From Calditrichia bacterium (GTDB lineage: Bacteria > Calditrichota > Calditrichia > RBG-13-44-9 > J075): a stretch of DNA of 64,000 nucleotides. Below the pieces are notes generated by a model. The model had not been told where the DNA came from. It made no database searches and was given only the letters and a program-made list of their open reading frames with translations. Numbering within the stretch: position 1 is the stretch's first letter; each line of letters opens with the position of its first letter. This document shows, piece after piece, positions 19,897 to 30,228 of the stretch. Location: NCBI GenBank assembly GCA_050633245.1, contig JBOEGD010000007.1, positions 82,196-146,195 on the forward strand, in the 5' to 3' direction. Position numbers and translations under genes: made by a program.

Positions 19897-20994
19897 ATGA
19901 GTAATGCTATAATGCCAACACAATTTAAACATAAAGAGCCGCTAATTGGCCTAACGATCGAGCAACTACTCGAGATACTCTCCAACCTGGGCGTAAAGAA
20001 GTTTCGAGCCACGCAAATCTATCAATGGTTGCATCATCACAAGGTTAAAACTTTTGATGAAATGACCAATCTTTCCAAAGAACTGCGCAGTGAATTAGAT
20101 GCGCGTTTTCGTTTCGGAACACTTAAGCTGGCGCAACGCCAGGAGTCCGTTGATGGAACGCGCAAGTATCTTTGGCAGTTGGAAGACGGTAAACAAATAG
20201 AGTCGGTGTTTATACCGGAAGAAACGCGCAACACAATTTGCATTTCCTCTCAGGTTGGATGTGCGCTTGGCTGTACGTTCTGCGCAACTGCTCAGATGGG
20301 ATTCCTTAGAAACCTAAGCGCTGGAGAAATTGTAGAGCAGGTTGTCAAGGTGCAGCAGGACAATGAGCCGCGAATAACCAACGTCGTATTTATGGGCATG
20401 GGAGAACCGTTTCTGAACTATTCAAGGGTGATTCAGTCGGCGCAAATCATGTGTGATCCACATGGTCTTGCAATTGCGGCCAAGAAAATCACTATATCGA
20501 CAGTCGGCATCGTGCCGCGAATTCGCCAATATGCAGATGAAGGACATAATTTTAGTCTTGCAATCTCACTGCATTCGGCGATTCAGGAAAAGCGTCGCGA
20601 GATCATGCCCGTAGCAGATAAATTTTCGCTGAAGGAATTGATGGACAGCGCACATTACTATAGCAAGAAGGTAAATAAGCGAATTTTTTTCGAATATGTT
20701 TTGCTCGAAGGCATTAACGATCGCGCCAAACATGGCAAGGCCCTGAAATCGCTACTTGGCCAGCTAAAATGCAAGTTGAATCTGATTCCTTATAACAATA
20801 CAGGAATTGGCTATAAGGCGTCTGGCGACGATAGCATGGAGCCATTCCTCTCCGAATTGGCAACTGCCCCCTTCATGGTTACCTTCCGTAAAAACCGCGG
20901 AACAGACATCGCGGCAGCATGTGGACAACTGTTTATCGAGTCTGAAGATAAGTCTCGTTCCATGGGCATTCCCCAAGCTCAGTCAGCGGATTAA
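19897..20994 (+). CDS. rlmN: 23S rRNA A2503/tRNA methyltransferase, radical SAM (start 19897 or 19912)
   Basis: CISSQVGCALGCTFCAT, VVFMGMGEP, AISLH, DIAAACGQL. Confidence 0.95.
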   Translation: MSNAIMPTQFKHKEPLIGLTIEQLLEILSNLGVKKFRATQIYQWLHHHKVKTFDEMTNLSKELRSELDARFRFGTLKLAQRQESVDGTRKYLWQLEDGKQIESVFIPEETRNTICISSQVGCALGCTFCATAQMGFLRNLSAGEIVEQVVKVQQDNEPRITNVVFMGMGEPFLNYSRVIQSAQIMCDPHGLAIAAKKITISTVGIVPRIRQYADEGHNFSLAISLHSAIQEKRREIMPVADKFSLKELMDSAHYYSKKVNKRIFFEYVLLEGINDRAKHGKALKSLLGQLKCKLNLIPYNNTGIGYKASGDDSMEPFLSELATAPFMVTFRKNRGTDIAAACGQLFIESEDKSRSMGIPQAQSAD

Positions 20995-21132
20995 CCCGCC
21001 CGATTCCAACATATTATACCTTATGTCAGGCGCATTTCTTTTTCGTTCCAAACAGCAACATTATTGGTTATATTGCGCCGCGATGAGATCGCTACAAAAA
21101 ACATGATGTTGCAGACAATTGAAGGAGTCTAC

Positions 21133-21687
21133 ATGCACTTAATTCTACTCGGACCCCCAGGGGGCGGTAAAGGAACTCAGGCCGCCACAATTATGGAAAA
21201 CTACTCTATACCACAAATATCTACCGGTGACATGCTTCGTGCGGAGCGCGACTCAGGCTCGGAACTCGGTTCACGCGTAAATGAAGTTATGATGCGCGGT
21301 GAACTTGTCTCTGATGACCTTATCTTGGAAATTGTTGATTCCCGATTAAACAAGGACGACTGCAAGAGAGGATTTATTCTCGACGGCTTTCCGCGAACGA
21401 TTCCACAGGCAGATGGGCTAAAGAAGCTTCTTGAAAAACACGGCATAACAAATATCAAAGCCATTAACCTAAGCGTTCCCGATGAAGAGCTTATTTCACG
21501 ACTGCTCGAACGCAAGCGTGCCGATGACACCGAAGAAACAATTAAGAACCGTCTTGTAGTTTATCGAGAGAATACTGAGCCGCTAATCGAATATTATCGG
21601 AACGAAGGCGTCCTGCATAGCGTTAACGGTTTGCAGAGTATTCATGATGTTGCTGCAGATATTTCCGCTATTCTCGAAAGCAAATAA
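21133..21687 (+). CDS. adk: Adenylate kinase, short type without extended LID
   Basis: GPPGGGKGTQA, ISTGDMLR, GFILDGFPR, RKRADD; RBS gaaggag. Confidence 0.95.
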   Translation: MHLILLGPPGGGKGTQAATIMENYSIPQISTGDMLRAERDSGSELGSRVNEVMMRGELVSDDLILEIVDSRLNKDDCKRGFILDGFPRTIPQADGLKKLLEKHGITNIKAINLSVPDEELISRLLERKRADDTEETIKNRLVVYRENTEPLIEYYRNEGVLHSVNGLQSIHDVAADISAILESK

Positions 21688-21706
21688 ACGCTGGGAGGAC
21701 ACTCGC

Positions 21707-23023
21707 GTGGTCCGAACTTCTTATTTATCGCCCCTTTCCACTTTTGTGCGGAAGGGGCTTGCCATTTGCATCCCATTCTTTATCCTTCTTGCCTGCTCCG
21801 ATCGGGCAAGAGACAATCCATTCGATCCCGGAAACACCGCCCCTCCCCCACTTTCTGTCGAACTCATTCCGGCGAATGATAAAATTGACCTGACATGGAA
21901 CATTACAAAGCCAATTTCCGATTTGCAGGGATTTCGTCTGTACCGTGCCGTTGATTCTCTGGCAGCCTTAGCGCCCTTTCTGGACTTACCAGCAGCTGCT
22001 CGAAGCTATTCAGATACCACCATTTCATTGAATAGAGAATATTATTATTCACTCTCCATTTTGGGCACCGGCGTCGAGAGTAATCGTTCGTCTGTTCGCA
22101 TTAGCTATACAGGTTTGGGAAAACCGCTTATTTTTAACCGCGGTGGATATTCGCTGGAACGCGTGTCGTACGACCTCAGACATCCGGTCGAAACCATCGA
22201 GAGCTCATTCTATCAGCCAAAGGACTGGGTTTTACTGCCGGAAGAAGATTTAGCTTGGATCTTGTTCGCGCGCTTTCCCAGTGGTATTTCGCAACTGAAC
22301 CTTGTAGACAATACGCGTCAGGAGACTATCCTGGATACTCTCAGTGCTCCAGAGGATATTGCCTATAATCCCAACAACAGCACTGTTTATATTCTCGATC
22401 AGTTTGTGGATAGAATCTATCTCTTTCAAAATGAGAAGATTACTTCCGGCATTCCACTCGATATTGACGCTAAGTACTTCAAAATAGAAATCGATGCCTC
22501 CGACAATCGGCTTTATGCCATTGCCCAAGATCGATTGAATATTATAAACCTGGGCGATTTGACTCAGCAACGAATGTTTTTTTTCAATAATCACGAGGGA
22601 TTGGATATTGAGAAAACCGGTTCCGGCATAAATGTGTTAACGGCTTCGGTTGCCGAGGGAACCACCCGCCTGTATCTCTATCAGGGGGCAACAGTGCAGG
22701 ACAGCCTGTTCGTTAACGGCATTTTTTATCGCATGACAACCGACTCCCTGAGTGAAAATTACTTTTTTGCAGAGGCACTTTCTTCACAGGATGACGTCGT
22801 CGTGAAACTTTCCATGTCTGGAGAACGTCAATTGCAATTACCGGAAGGTTTTCTTAACATTGAACAGATTGTAATCAATCCGTTCGATCAATCTATTCTG
22901 GTTGTCGATGATCAAAGAGATCGCGTCGTGCTATTTGATGCCGCTGGAAATTTAATCAGTGAATCCCGCGACAACGACGGACGTAGCTACCTTAATGTGC
23001 CACTGAGAGTTTATATCGAATAA
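21707..23023 (+). CDS. Lipoprotein with FN3-like domain and beta-propeller (GTG start inferred)
   Basis: RBS ggagg, LLAC lipobox, RDNPFDP, LTW..GFRLYR..YSD..YYY FN3 pattern, PEDIAY..VYILD NHL-like blades. Confidence 0.7.
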   Translation: MVRTSYLSPLSTFVRKGLAICIPFFILLACSDRARDNPFDPGNTAPPPLSVELIPANDKIDLTWNITKPISDLQGFRLYRAVDSLAALAPFLDLPAAARSYSDTTISLNREYYYSLSILGTGVESNRSSVRISYTGLGKPLIFNRGGYSLERVSYDLRHPVETIESSFYQPKDWVLLPEEDLAWILFARFPSGISQLNLVDNTRQETILDTLSAPEDIAYNPNNSTVYILDQFVDRIYLFQNEKITSGIPLDIDAKYFKIEIDASDNRLYAIAQDRLNIINLGDLTQQRMFFFNNHEGLDIEKTGSGINVLTASVAEGTTRLYLYQGATVQDSLFVNGIFYRMTTDSLSENYFFAEALSSQDDVVVKLSMSGERQLQLPEGFLNIEQIVINPFDQSILVVDDQRDRVVLFDAAGNLISESRDNDGRSYLNVPLRVYIE

Positions 23024-25110
23024 TGCGCGACATATCCCTCAAATTACTCTATCTGCTGGTTCCCGCATTGGCTGTTTTGCTTCTTGTAGCAGACAGCCTC
23101 AGCTTCCTCATAAAATTTCAAATTTCCTTCGTAACGCTTTCTTTGGATAATCTGCACGAGATATTTGTCGTTGCTCTGATTATTGCCTGGACCGTGCTGA
23201 TACAACGCTCTTTTGGCACAGGCGCGCTAAGCGTTAAAGAACGCCTCTGGCGACTAACTATTTTTCTGACCGCGAACTTTATTCTGGCGTTCATGCTGGA
23301 GCTGTTTGTGAGTCCGCAATATCTTGGTTTTCCACAGCAGTTTGAGAATTTTGATGCCGTAATTTCCTCAAATCTCATTGGCATCATTGCCATGTTTACG
23401 CTACTGCCTATACTTCAAATTCTACGGTCTCTCATATTCTACCGTCAAAAACGCACGACACATCTATACTACAATTTATTTCTGTCTCTGTTGCTAATCA
23501 GCTCGGGCTGGGCATTTATTTCAGAGCAGCCACTAAACTTCACTTTTGAAGATGGCGGCGTATTCAATCACTTGTTAAGCAGCTCTCTTCTGATAACGAT
23601 TGTACTTCTATCCTTGAGAAATGAATGGATCACCTATCTGCCGCGTAAAGAGAAGATCCTTTACTTTATCCTGGGAATTGTAATCGGCATTCAGGTGATA
23701 ACCCTCTGGGAAGTTGTTTATACACCGCACATTTATGCTTTTAGCCTGATCGCCGCAAATATCGCATACATTATCTGGCTGTTTCTGGCAGTTTACTGCG
23801 GCATTGCCATGCTAACGCTATTGGTTTACTTACCCACGTCAAAAGCCTTCGACCGCAAAATTCGCGAAGTAAACTCACTTAACGATCTGTCGAGACGTTT
23901 AAATAGCGAGCTCGACCCCGGCAGGCTCAATCAGCTGATAACGCAGCTAACCAGCCAGGTTCTGGAAAGCCAGAGCACCTGGCTTGAGCTGTATGATGAA
24001 GCGAATCATAAATTGACGTTAAAATCGCACATCAATCTGACTCAAGATCAAATTATCAGAAATCCACTTGAGGTGATTGAAGGATTAAACGCTCGCGTCA
24101 TACGCGAGAAAATGCCGGTTCTATTGAACGATATGGCACAACAGGAAGATCTGCAACACATCAGCGACTGGAAGCAGGAAGCGCGTTCCTTACTCGCGGC
24201 CCCCCTGCTGTCTAATCGTGGGCAACTTATGGGCATGATTTACGCCAGCAAGCCTCAAGCTTTCGGATTCGACAATCAGGATCTTCAGCTGATGGGTGGG
24301 TTTGCCAATCAGGCCGCAATTGCGCTGGAAAATGCAATTCTCTGGGCAACCTCGCTGGAAAAAGAACGTCTTGAACAAGAACTGCGCGTCGCTCGCGAAA
24401 TGCAGCTAAAGCTGGTGCCGCATACGATGCCGGAAATTCCCGGGTATGAGGTAGACAGCTATTTTCTTACTGCTTATGAAGTAGGTGGCGACTACTACGA
24501 CTTTGTTTCCTTCAGCGATAATGCCGATGGATTTGTTATCGGCGATGTTTCGGGGAAAGGCACTTCAGCAGCTTTTTATATGGCGGAGTTCAAGGGCGTT
24601 TGTGAAACCCTTGCCGGTAATGTGGTTGGTCCTAAAGAAATGGCCTCGAAGGTGAATCGCATTATATACAACACCATTGAAAAGCAGTCTTTTATTACCG
24701 CAATATTTGGCAAACTCTATGCAAAGAAGCATCGGTTCGATTTTGTAAGGGCCGGGCATACGCCGGTTATGCATCTTCACGCAGCAGACGGCAGCGTCGA
24801 TTGTCTTGAACCACCGGGTATGGGAATCGGCCTGGAGAAAGGACCACTCTTCGACAAAGTAATGAAGCTGGAAAGCATCAAGCTGGCTCCGGGTGACAGC
24901 CTGTTATTGTTTACAGATGGGCTTGTTGAGTTACGAAATGCCGAAGGAGTGGAATACGATCTTGAACACTTGCAGCCACAGCTGGAAAAGATGACGCAAC
25001 TAAGCGCAGTGGAGCTAAAGGAAGCTCTGTTGCAAGAGATTATTGAGTTTATTGGAGAAACGGCTCTGCATGATGACCTGACGATGATCGTCATTAAACG
25101 AAAATTATGA
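23023..25110 (+). CDS. Multi-TM GAF + SpoIIE/RsbU-type PP2C phosphatase
   Basis: About 8 hydrophobic helices, GAF (LAAPL..QAAIALENA), VGGDYYD, GDVSGKG, FTDG, DDLT. Confidence 0.9.
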   Translation: MRDISLKLLYLLVPALAVLLLVADSLSFLIKFQISFVTLSLDNLHEIFVVALIIAWTVLIQRSFGTGALSVKERLWRLTIFLTANFILAFMLELFVSPQYLGFPQQFENFDAVISSNLIGIIAMFTLLPILQILRSLIFYRQKRTTHLYYNLFLSLLLISSGWAFISEQPLNFTFEDGGVFNHLLSSSLLITIVLLSLRNEWITYLPRKEKILYFILGIVIGIQVITLWEVVYTPHIYAFSLIAANIAYIIWLFLAVYCGIAMLTLLVYLPTSKAFDRKIREVNSLNDLSRRLNSELDPGRLNQLITQLTSQVLESQSTWLELYDEANHKLTLKSHINLTQDQIIRNPLEVIEGLNARVIREKMPVLLNDMAQQEDLQHISDWKQEARSLLAAPLLSNRGQLMGMIYASKPQAFGFDNQDLQLMGGFANQAAIALENAILWATSLEKERLEQELRVAREMQLKLVPHTMPEIPGYEVDSYFLTAYEVGGDYYDFVSFSDNADGFVIGDVSGKGTSAAFYMAEFKGVCETLAGNVVGPKEMASKVNRIIYNTIEKQSFITAIFGKLYAKKHRFDFVRAGHTPVMHLHAADGSVDCLEPPGMGIGLEKGPLFDKVMKLESIKLAPGDSLLLFTDGLVELRNAEGVEYDLEHLQPQLEKMTQLSAVELKEALLQEIIEFIGETALHDDLTMIVIKRKL

Positions 25111-25310
25111 GATAGTATCCCGAATGAATTCTGCGATCCCGGATGTCTATTTAATCCTTTGATTAGGCATACGGCTTTGATATCTTCCATGAATCGCACA
25201 ATTTGTTGCAAAAACACTGATTCTGATATTTTTTTGCGGGATATGAAAGAAAAACACAACTATCTCAGACGATCTTCCGTAAGAGAAAAAAATGTAGAAG
25301 GAGATAATTG

Positions 25311-25670
25311 ATGCCTAACTTTAACGTTGATAGCGAAAACATCGGCCAGATTACGGTATTAACGATAAAAGGCTACCTGGATGCTCATACCGCACCGGAC
25401 TTTGAGAATGCGTTCAAGAAGCTGATTAATGAGAAACGCTATAGTATCGTTGTCTCCCTCGCTGAACTGCAGTACATAAGTTCTGCAGGACTTGGTGTGT
25501 TTATGGGCTTTATTGAGGAGGTACGTGAGAACAAGGGTGATATTAAGCTAGCTGCTGCCTCACCACGCGTGTTCAAAGTATTCGATCTCCTTGGGTTTCC
25601 AAGCCTTTACGAATTCTTTGACACCTCAGATGAAGCGTGTAAAAAATTCTCCAAAGCCTTAGAAGGATAG
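25311..25670 (+). CDS. rsbV: STAS anti-anti-sigma factor
   Basis: GYLDAHTAP, YISSAGLGV phospho-Ser motif, VFDLLG; RBS aaggag. Confidence 0.88.
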   Translation: MPNFNVDSENIGQITVLTIKGYLDAHTAPDFENAFKKLINEKRYSIVVSLAELQYISSAGLGVFMGFIEEVRENKGDIKLAAASPRVFKVFDLLGFPSLYEFFDTSDEACKKFSKALEG

Positions 25671-25673
25671 TTC

Positions 25674-26120
25674 ATGGCTGCAAAGAAGACAAATAACTCC
25701 TATAGCCTGAAACTCCCGGCAGATTCAGCCAACTTGGTGCTGATCCGGCAGTTTGTCTCCGGTATTGCCGTGGAGATGGGCTTTGATGAGGAGGGAGTCG
25801 ATCAGATTCAGCTTGCCGTGGATGAAGCATGTGCAAATGTGGTAAAGCATGCCTATAGCGACACCAAGAACGGCACGCAGCAGCTTATCAATATTACCGT
25901 ACGCAATAAAGTAGACAAGATTGAAATTACCGTGGCAGACAAAGGCACTGGCTTTAACGCTGAAGGCCTCGAAAGCCCCGATATGGACGAATACCTCGAC
26001 GCTCGTCAAGTAGGCGGCTTGGGTGTGCACTTGATCCGCACCTTTATGGACAAAGTATCCTTTCGTATGAAGCCAGGCGTTCGCAATGAAGTAAAGATGA
26101 TCAAACTCTTGCAAAAATAA
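25674..26120 (+). CDS. rsbW: Anti-sigma factor / Ser kinase (HATPase_c_2)
   Basis: LAVDEACANVVKHAY, DKGTGF, GGLGVHLI. Confidence 0.88.
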   Translation: MAAKKTNNSYSLKLPADSANLVLIRQFVSGIAVEMGFDEEGVDQIQLAVDEACANVVKHAYSDTKNGTQQLINITVRNKVDKIEITVADKGTGFNAEGLESPDMDEYLDARQVGGLGVHLIRTFMDKVSFRMKPGVRNEVKMIKLLQK

Positions 26121-26132
26121 GGCTCGCCTTCC

Positions 26133-27902
26133 ATGGCCCAATTATTGGACTATCTCTCCGAAAAGTACCAAAAAGACTCACTCGACGAGGTCAATCGGCG
26201 ACTCCTTGAATTATCTTCCCTTTTTGAAATCAGCCAGTTATTAAACGAATCTCTCGATTTAAAGCGAGTGCTCAATAATATTCTGTTCATTCCAATGGGA
26301 CGAATGATGATTGCACGTGGTGCCATTGTGCTGAATCGCGATGGCAATTATAAGACCGTTATGGCTAAGGGTCTTAGTGAAGATCAGCGGGACTACACCT
26401 TTGAAACGGCAGATTTTCCAGAGTCCTACTTCCAGTTAAATGGAGAGGCTGATGACGAGGAGAAATTTCCGGAGTTAAGAGATTATGCCACCAAAGCCGG
26501 ACTTAGTGTCGGTATACCCTTTATCTCAAATAACGAATGCCTGGGGATGATGCTATTTGGAGCAAAGCTCAACAAGCAGGAGTTTGGCAGCGAAGAACTA
26601 GACTTCCTCAAATCTCTGGCAAACCTCGCTGCAACGACCATAGAAAACGCCCTTAAAGTCGCAGAAATTCAGGAGATTAACCTCCAGCTCGATAATAAGA
26701 TTCAGGAACTTGGAACGCTCTTCGATATTGGAAAAGGGTTAAGCGGAACCCTTGAGCTCCCTGAGATTCTCAACCTGCTTGGTTTTGCGCTGATGGGTCA
26801 GATGTTCATTACGCGATACGCCATTTTACTTCAGACAGAAAAAGAGCTGTCTCCTTATGTCAATAAAGGATTCAATGACTCATTTATCGATAGCGCCGCT
26901 GTAAAGTTGAATAAAATGACGGCAACCGATACAATACTCCTTGCCAAAGATATTACCGGAAAGGTTCTGCAACGTCATTTCAATACAAATGACGTGCAGG
27001 TTCTGATTCCGATGCAACATCAGTCAAAACTTCGCGGCTATATTCTGCTCGGCTCTAAGATATCGAAGAAACCATTCGATAAGGAAGATCTCGAATTCCT
27101 GAGCACTCTGGTAAGTCAGGCCGTAATTTCACTTGAAAACGCTCGCCTGTTTAAAGAAGCATTAGAAAAGCAGCGCATGGAAGAAGAGCTGAACGTGGCT
27201 CGAAACATCCAGCGCAAGCTATTGCCAAAGGCGCTACCTGAAATACCCGGATACGAAATCTACGGCGTTAACAACAGCAGCAAGCAGGTTGGTGGCGACT
27301 ATTACGATGTAATTAAAATCGATGAGAATCGCTATGCTCTTGCGATCGGCGATGTTTCGGGCAAGGGTGTGCCGGCATCTCTATTGATGGCAAATCTGCA
27401 GGCCGGGCTGCGCGTAATGATGACGCCAAATGTAAATCTCGCTGAATCTGTAGGAAAGATCAATTCACTTATTCATTCGAATACTGATTTGGACAAATTC
27501 ATTACCTTTTTCATCGGAATTCTTGACATAAAAGAGCACAGCTTTGAATACGTAAACGCCGGACACAACAATCCGTTTATCGTAACCAAAAAACGCGACA
27601 TCAGCTTTCTGGATATCGGTGGAATTTTGCTCGGAATTATGCCGGGCTACAGCTACAATACCGGCAGAGTAGATCTACAGACAGGTGATCTGCTGATAAC
27701 CTATACCGATGGCGTTAATGAAGCCATTAACCGCGAAGGCGAAGAGTGGGGTGAAGAACCGCTCTATGAACTGGTTTCTTCTCAGCGCGATGGCCGGGTT
27801 AAAGATATCGTCGGCAATGTGCTTCTGGCAATCGACGCATTCGCTGCCGGCGAACCACAGGCCGATGATGTAACAATGCTGGCCGTTAAGCGTCTTCGCT
27901 AA
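26133..27902 (+). CDS. Soluble 2xGAF + SpoIIE/RsbU-type PP2C phosphatase
   Basis: Two GAF units ending ENA, VGGDYYD, IGDVSGKG, YVNAGH, YTDG, DDVT. Confidence 0.9.
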   Translation: MAQLLDYLSEKYQKDSLDEVNRRLLELSSLFEISQLLNESLDLKRVLNNILFIPMGRMMIARGAIVLNRDGNYKTVMAKGLSEDQRDYTFETADFPESYFQLNGEADDEEKFPELRDYATKAGLSVGIPFISNNECLGMMLFGAKLNKQEFGSEELDFLKSLANLAATTIENALKVAEIQEINLQLDNKIQELGTLFDIGKGLSGTLELPEILNLLGFALMGQMFITRYAILLQTEKELSPYVNKGFNDSFIDSAAVKLNKMTATDTILLAKDITGKVLQRHFNTNDVQVLIPMQHQSKLRGYILLGSKISKKPFDKEDLEFLSTLVSQAVISLENARLFKEALEKQRMEEELNVARNIQRKLLPKALPEIPGYEIYGVNNSSKQVGGDYYDVIKIDENRYALAIGDVSGKGVPASLLMANLQAGLRVMMTPNVNLAESVGKINSLIHSNTDLDKFITFFIGILDIKEHSFEYVNAGHNNPFIVTKKRDISFLDIGGILLGIMPGYSYNTGRVDLQTGDLLITYTDGVNEAINREGEEWGEEPLYELVSSQRDGRVKDIVGNVLLAIDAFAAGEPQADDVTMLAVKRLR

Positions 27903-27956
27903 CGCAACTTACCGCATTACTCCGCCACTCACCCCCTCCCAATACGTCATTCACCG
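27903..27956 (+). promoter_or_regulatory. Three imperfect direct repeats, probable LytTR binding boxes
   Basis: cgcaacttaccg (27903), cgccactcaccc (27923), cgtcattcaccg (27945); 20 and 22 bp spacing upstream of the operon containing the LytTR regulator. Confidence 0.6.
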
Positions 27957-28023
27957 ATTCCCAACATCTTTTTTGATCGCAATAGCGTAACTTTATTTGA
28001 ACGCAATTAAACCAAGGTGAGGC

Positions 28024-28368
28024 ATGAAGGCAAAGCAGCTATATCTGAAGCCGGAGTTCTGGGCAGCTATTGTTGTAGCTGTTTTTGGAGCATTCCAGAC
28101 GCTGCAGAAGCTGAACATCGATATCCAATCTTTGATTTCAGATTTTTGGCCAACCGTTTTTATCCTGCTGGCCTTTTTACAGCTGTGCAGCAGACGCTAT
28201 CGGGACGTCACCTCAATTATCCTGCTGCTGGGGATAGGCATTGTGCTTCTTCAAACAAGACTGCACTTCATTCCAATAGAAAACATTCAGCGCGTTTGGG
28301 CAGATACGCTACTCATTCTTTTTAACACAACAGACTTTGCAAACTATCTTTTTTCCATCATAATCTAA
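28024..28368 (+). CDS. Small membrane protein, LiaF/DUF5668-like TM domain
   Basis: Hydrophobic helices, DFWP motif like the YWP/LWP motifs of the next gene. Confidence 0.55.
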   Translation: MKAKQLYLKPEFWAAIVVAVFGAFQTLQKLNIDIQSLISDFWPTVFILLAFLQLCSRRYRDVTSIILLLGIGIVLLQTRLHFIPIENIQRVWADTLLILFNTTDFANYLFSIII

Positions 28369-28380
28369 TTGGAGTATAAT

Positions 28381-29094
28381 ATGACTGATAATTCCATTAC
28401 CCGCGGCTCCAGTTTCTGGATCAGTGTTGCGCTCATAAGCGTTGGCATGCTCATTCTGCTCGACAACTTCAACCTATTCGATTTTGGAGATATTTGGTCA
28501 TACTGGCCGCTTATTTTAATAATTGTCGGAGTAGCAAAGCTGGTCGGCTCGAATTACAAGGACGTTTTCTCTTCGGGGATCCTTATCTTAATAGGCTCAG
28601 TATTCCTGTTCGATGAATTGAATATTTTTTATATCGATGACATCTTGGAATTGTGGCCGCTTATTCTGATCTTCATTGGAAGCCGCATCATCTGGAATCT
28701 TTACTATAACGATGGCGACCCGTCACTCCGTGCCGAAGGTATTTCTGAAGATCGTGTGGATGGCGTGGCAATCTTTGGCGGACGTGAAATGCGCGTAGAT
28801 AGTCCGGAATTTAAAGGTGGAAATCTGACCATACTCTTCGGAGGCTCGGAAATATATCTAGGAAATTCTACTCCGGCCGCGCCAAAAGCCGTTCTCGATG
28901 TCTTTGTAATGTTTGGCGGAGCTGAAATCTATGTTCCCACAAACTGGCGTGTCGTTCAAAAAGCTATTCCACTCTTCGGCGGTTTCACCGACTCGCGTCG
29001 CGCAATCGACAGCTCGATGGATCCCACAGAAAACGTGCTGGTGATTAACGGTTTCGTTCTTTTTGGCGGCGTTGAGGTAAAAGCAGCAGGATAA
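28381..29094 (+). CDS. LiaF-like membrane protein (DUF5668 TM + DUF2154 domain)
   Basis: YWPLILI/LWPLILI TM repeats; AIFGG, ILFGG, VMFGGAEIYVPTNW, VLFGGVEVK. Confidence 0.8.
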   Translation: MTDNSITRGSSFWISVALISVGMLILLDNFNLFDFGDIWSYWPLILIIVGVAKLVGSNYKDVFSSGILILIGSVFLFDELNIFYIDDILELWPLILIFIGSRIIWNLYYNDGDPSLRAEGISEDRVDGVAIFGGREMRVDSPEFKGGNLTILFGGSEIYLGNSTPAAPKAVLDVFVMFGGAEIYVPTNWRVVQKAIPLFGGFTDSRRAIDSSMDPTENVLVINGFVLFGGVEVKAAG

Positions 29095-29163
29095 TCGCAG
29101 AATTGAGACTAAACTCGTGCAGCGCTCGCTTGAGCGCTGCACACAGGTAAAAGCGAACCAACC

Positions 29164-30228
29164 ATGTTCCCCGGACATCCACTCTTCGAAAAACAGTCCA
29201 CCCTCTTTTACTATTTCCTCATCTGGCTAATTCTGGCATTTATGCAAGCGGCTGTCATGCGAATCGAATTCGCCGAAAGCTGGGTCAATGCGCTCATCGA
29301 TGGATTACTTTCCTTTGGCATTTTTTCTCTTCTTGCCATTAGTTTCTGGTATCCGGCCAAATACCTTTCTCTGGAGAACACCTCTATCGCTGTTATTTTG
29401 GTGAACCACCTTGCTGCAGCAATTGTCGCGTCTGGCATTTGGGTCATCCTGCTTTATTTCATTTTGATGGATGGGCTTGCAGCAACCGCCGCACAGGAGA
29501 CACTTTTTAGAAGCACCGTTTCATGGCGATTGGCGCTGGGTATTTTGCTCTATTCACTCGTTACCTTTTTCTTCTATCTACAAAGCTACTACGCCAGTTT
29601 TCACGAAAGAGAGCTACGGGCAGTCGAGTTAAAAAACCTGGCAAGAGAAGCGGAGTTGCGCTCCCTAAAGTTACAAATTAATCCGCACTTTATTTTTAAC
29701 AGCCTCAACTCTTTAAATGCCTTAATAGGCTCGAATCCAAAGGCAGCCAGCACAATGACGGTCAAACTGTCGCAAATGCTGCGCGCCACGCTAACCAGTA
29801 ATGAACGCAGCGTGCGTGCTCTTTCTGAGGAGCTTGAAACCGCAAACTTTTACCTAGATATTGAGCGAGAGAGGTTCGGTGACAAAATTCGCTACACAGA
29901 ACAAATTCAACCCGAAGCATTGAATTGGAAGGTGCCTTCAATGTGTCTGCAACCACTGTTTGAGAACGCAATTAAACACGCAGTTTACGAGAGCCTCACG
30001 CCGATTTCTATTCGTCTTAATACCGAAATAAGAAACGACTTGTTAATACTCACGCTTGAAAATGACCTCAGCGAAGGCGTAAGTTCACGAAGTGGCACCG
30101 GTGTTGGATTGCAAAACGTCCGCTCACGGCTTGAGTTACTCTACGATCGTGAAAATCTGCTGCAGACCAGGCAAACTGAAACCGATTTTATCGTGAAACT
30201 CATTATTCCGGCAAACGAGGTTAAGTAA
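29164..30228 (+). CDS. LytS/YehU-type sensor histidine kinase
   Basis: AELRSLKLQINPHFIFNSLN, LQPLFENAIKH, GTGVGLQNV. Confidence 0.92.
   Translation: MFPGHPLFEKQSTLFYYFLIWLILAFMQAAVMRIEFAESWVNALIDGLLSFGIFSLLAISFWYPAKYLSLENTSIAVILVNHLAAAIVASGIWVILLYFILMDGLAATAAQETLFRSTVSWRLALGILLYSLVTFFFYLQSYYASFHERELRAVELKNLAREAELRSLKLQINPHFIFNSLNSLNALIGSNPKAASTMTVKLSQMLRATLTSNERSVRALSEELETANFYLDIERERFGDKIRYTEQIQPEALNWKVPSMCLQPLFENAIKHAVYESLTPISIRLNTEIRNDLLILTLENDLSEGVSSRSGTGVGLQNVRSRLELLYDRENLLQTRQTETDFIVKLIIPANEVK

Noticed and set aside
25108-25267. 6S RNA call
   Set aside because: Bulges are very asymmetric, it overlaps a stop codon, and the usual gene context is missing
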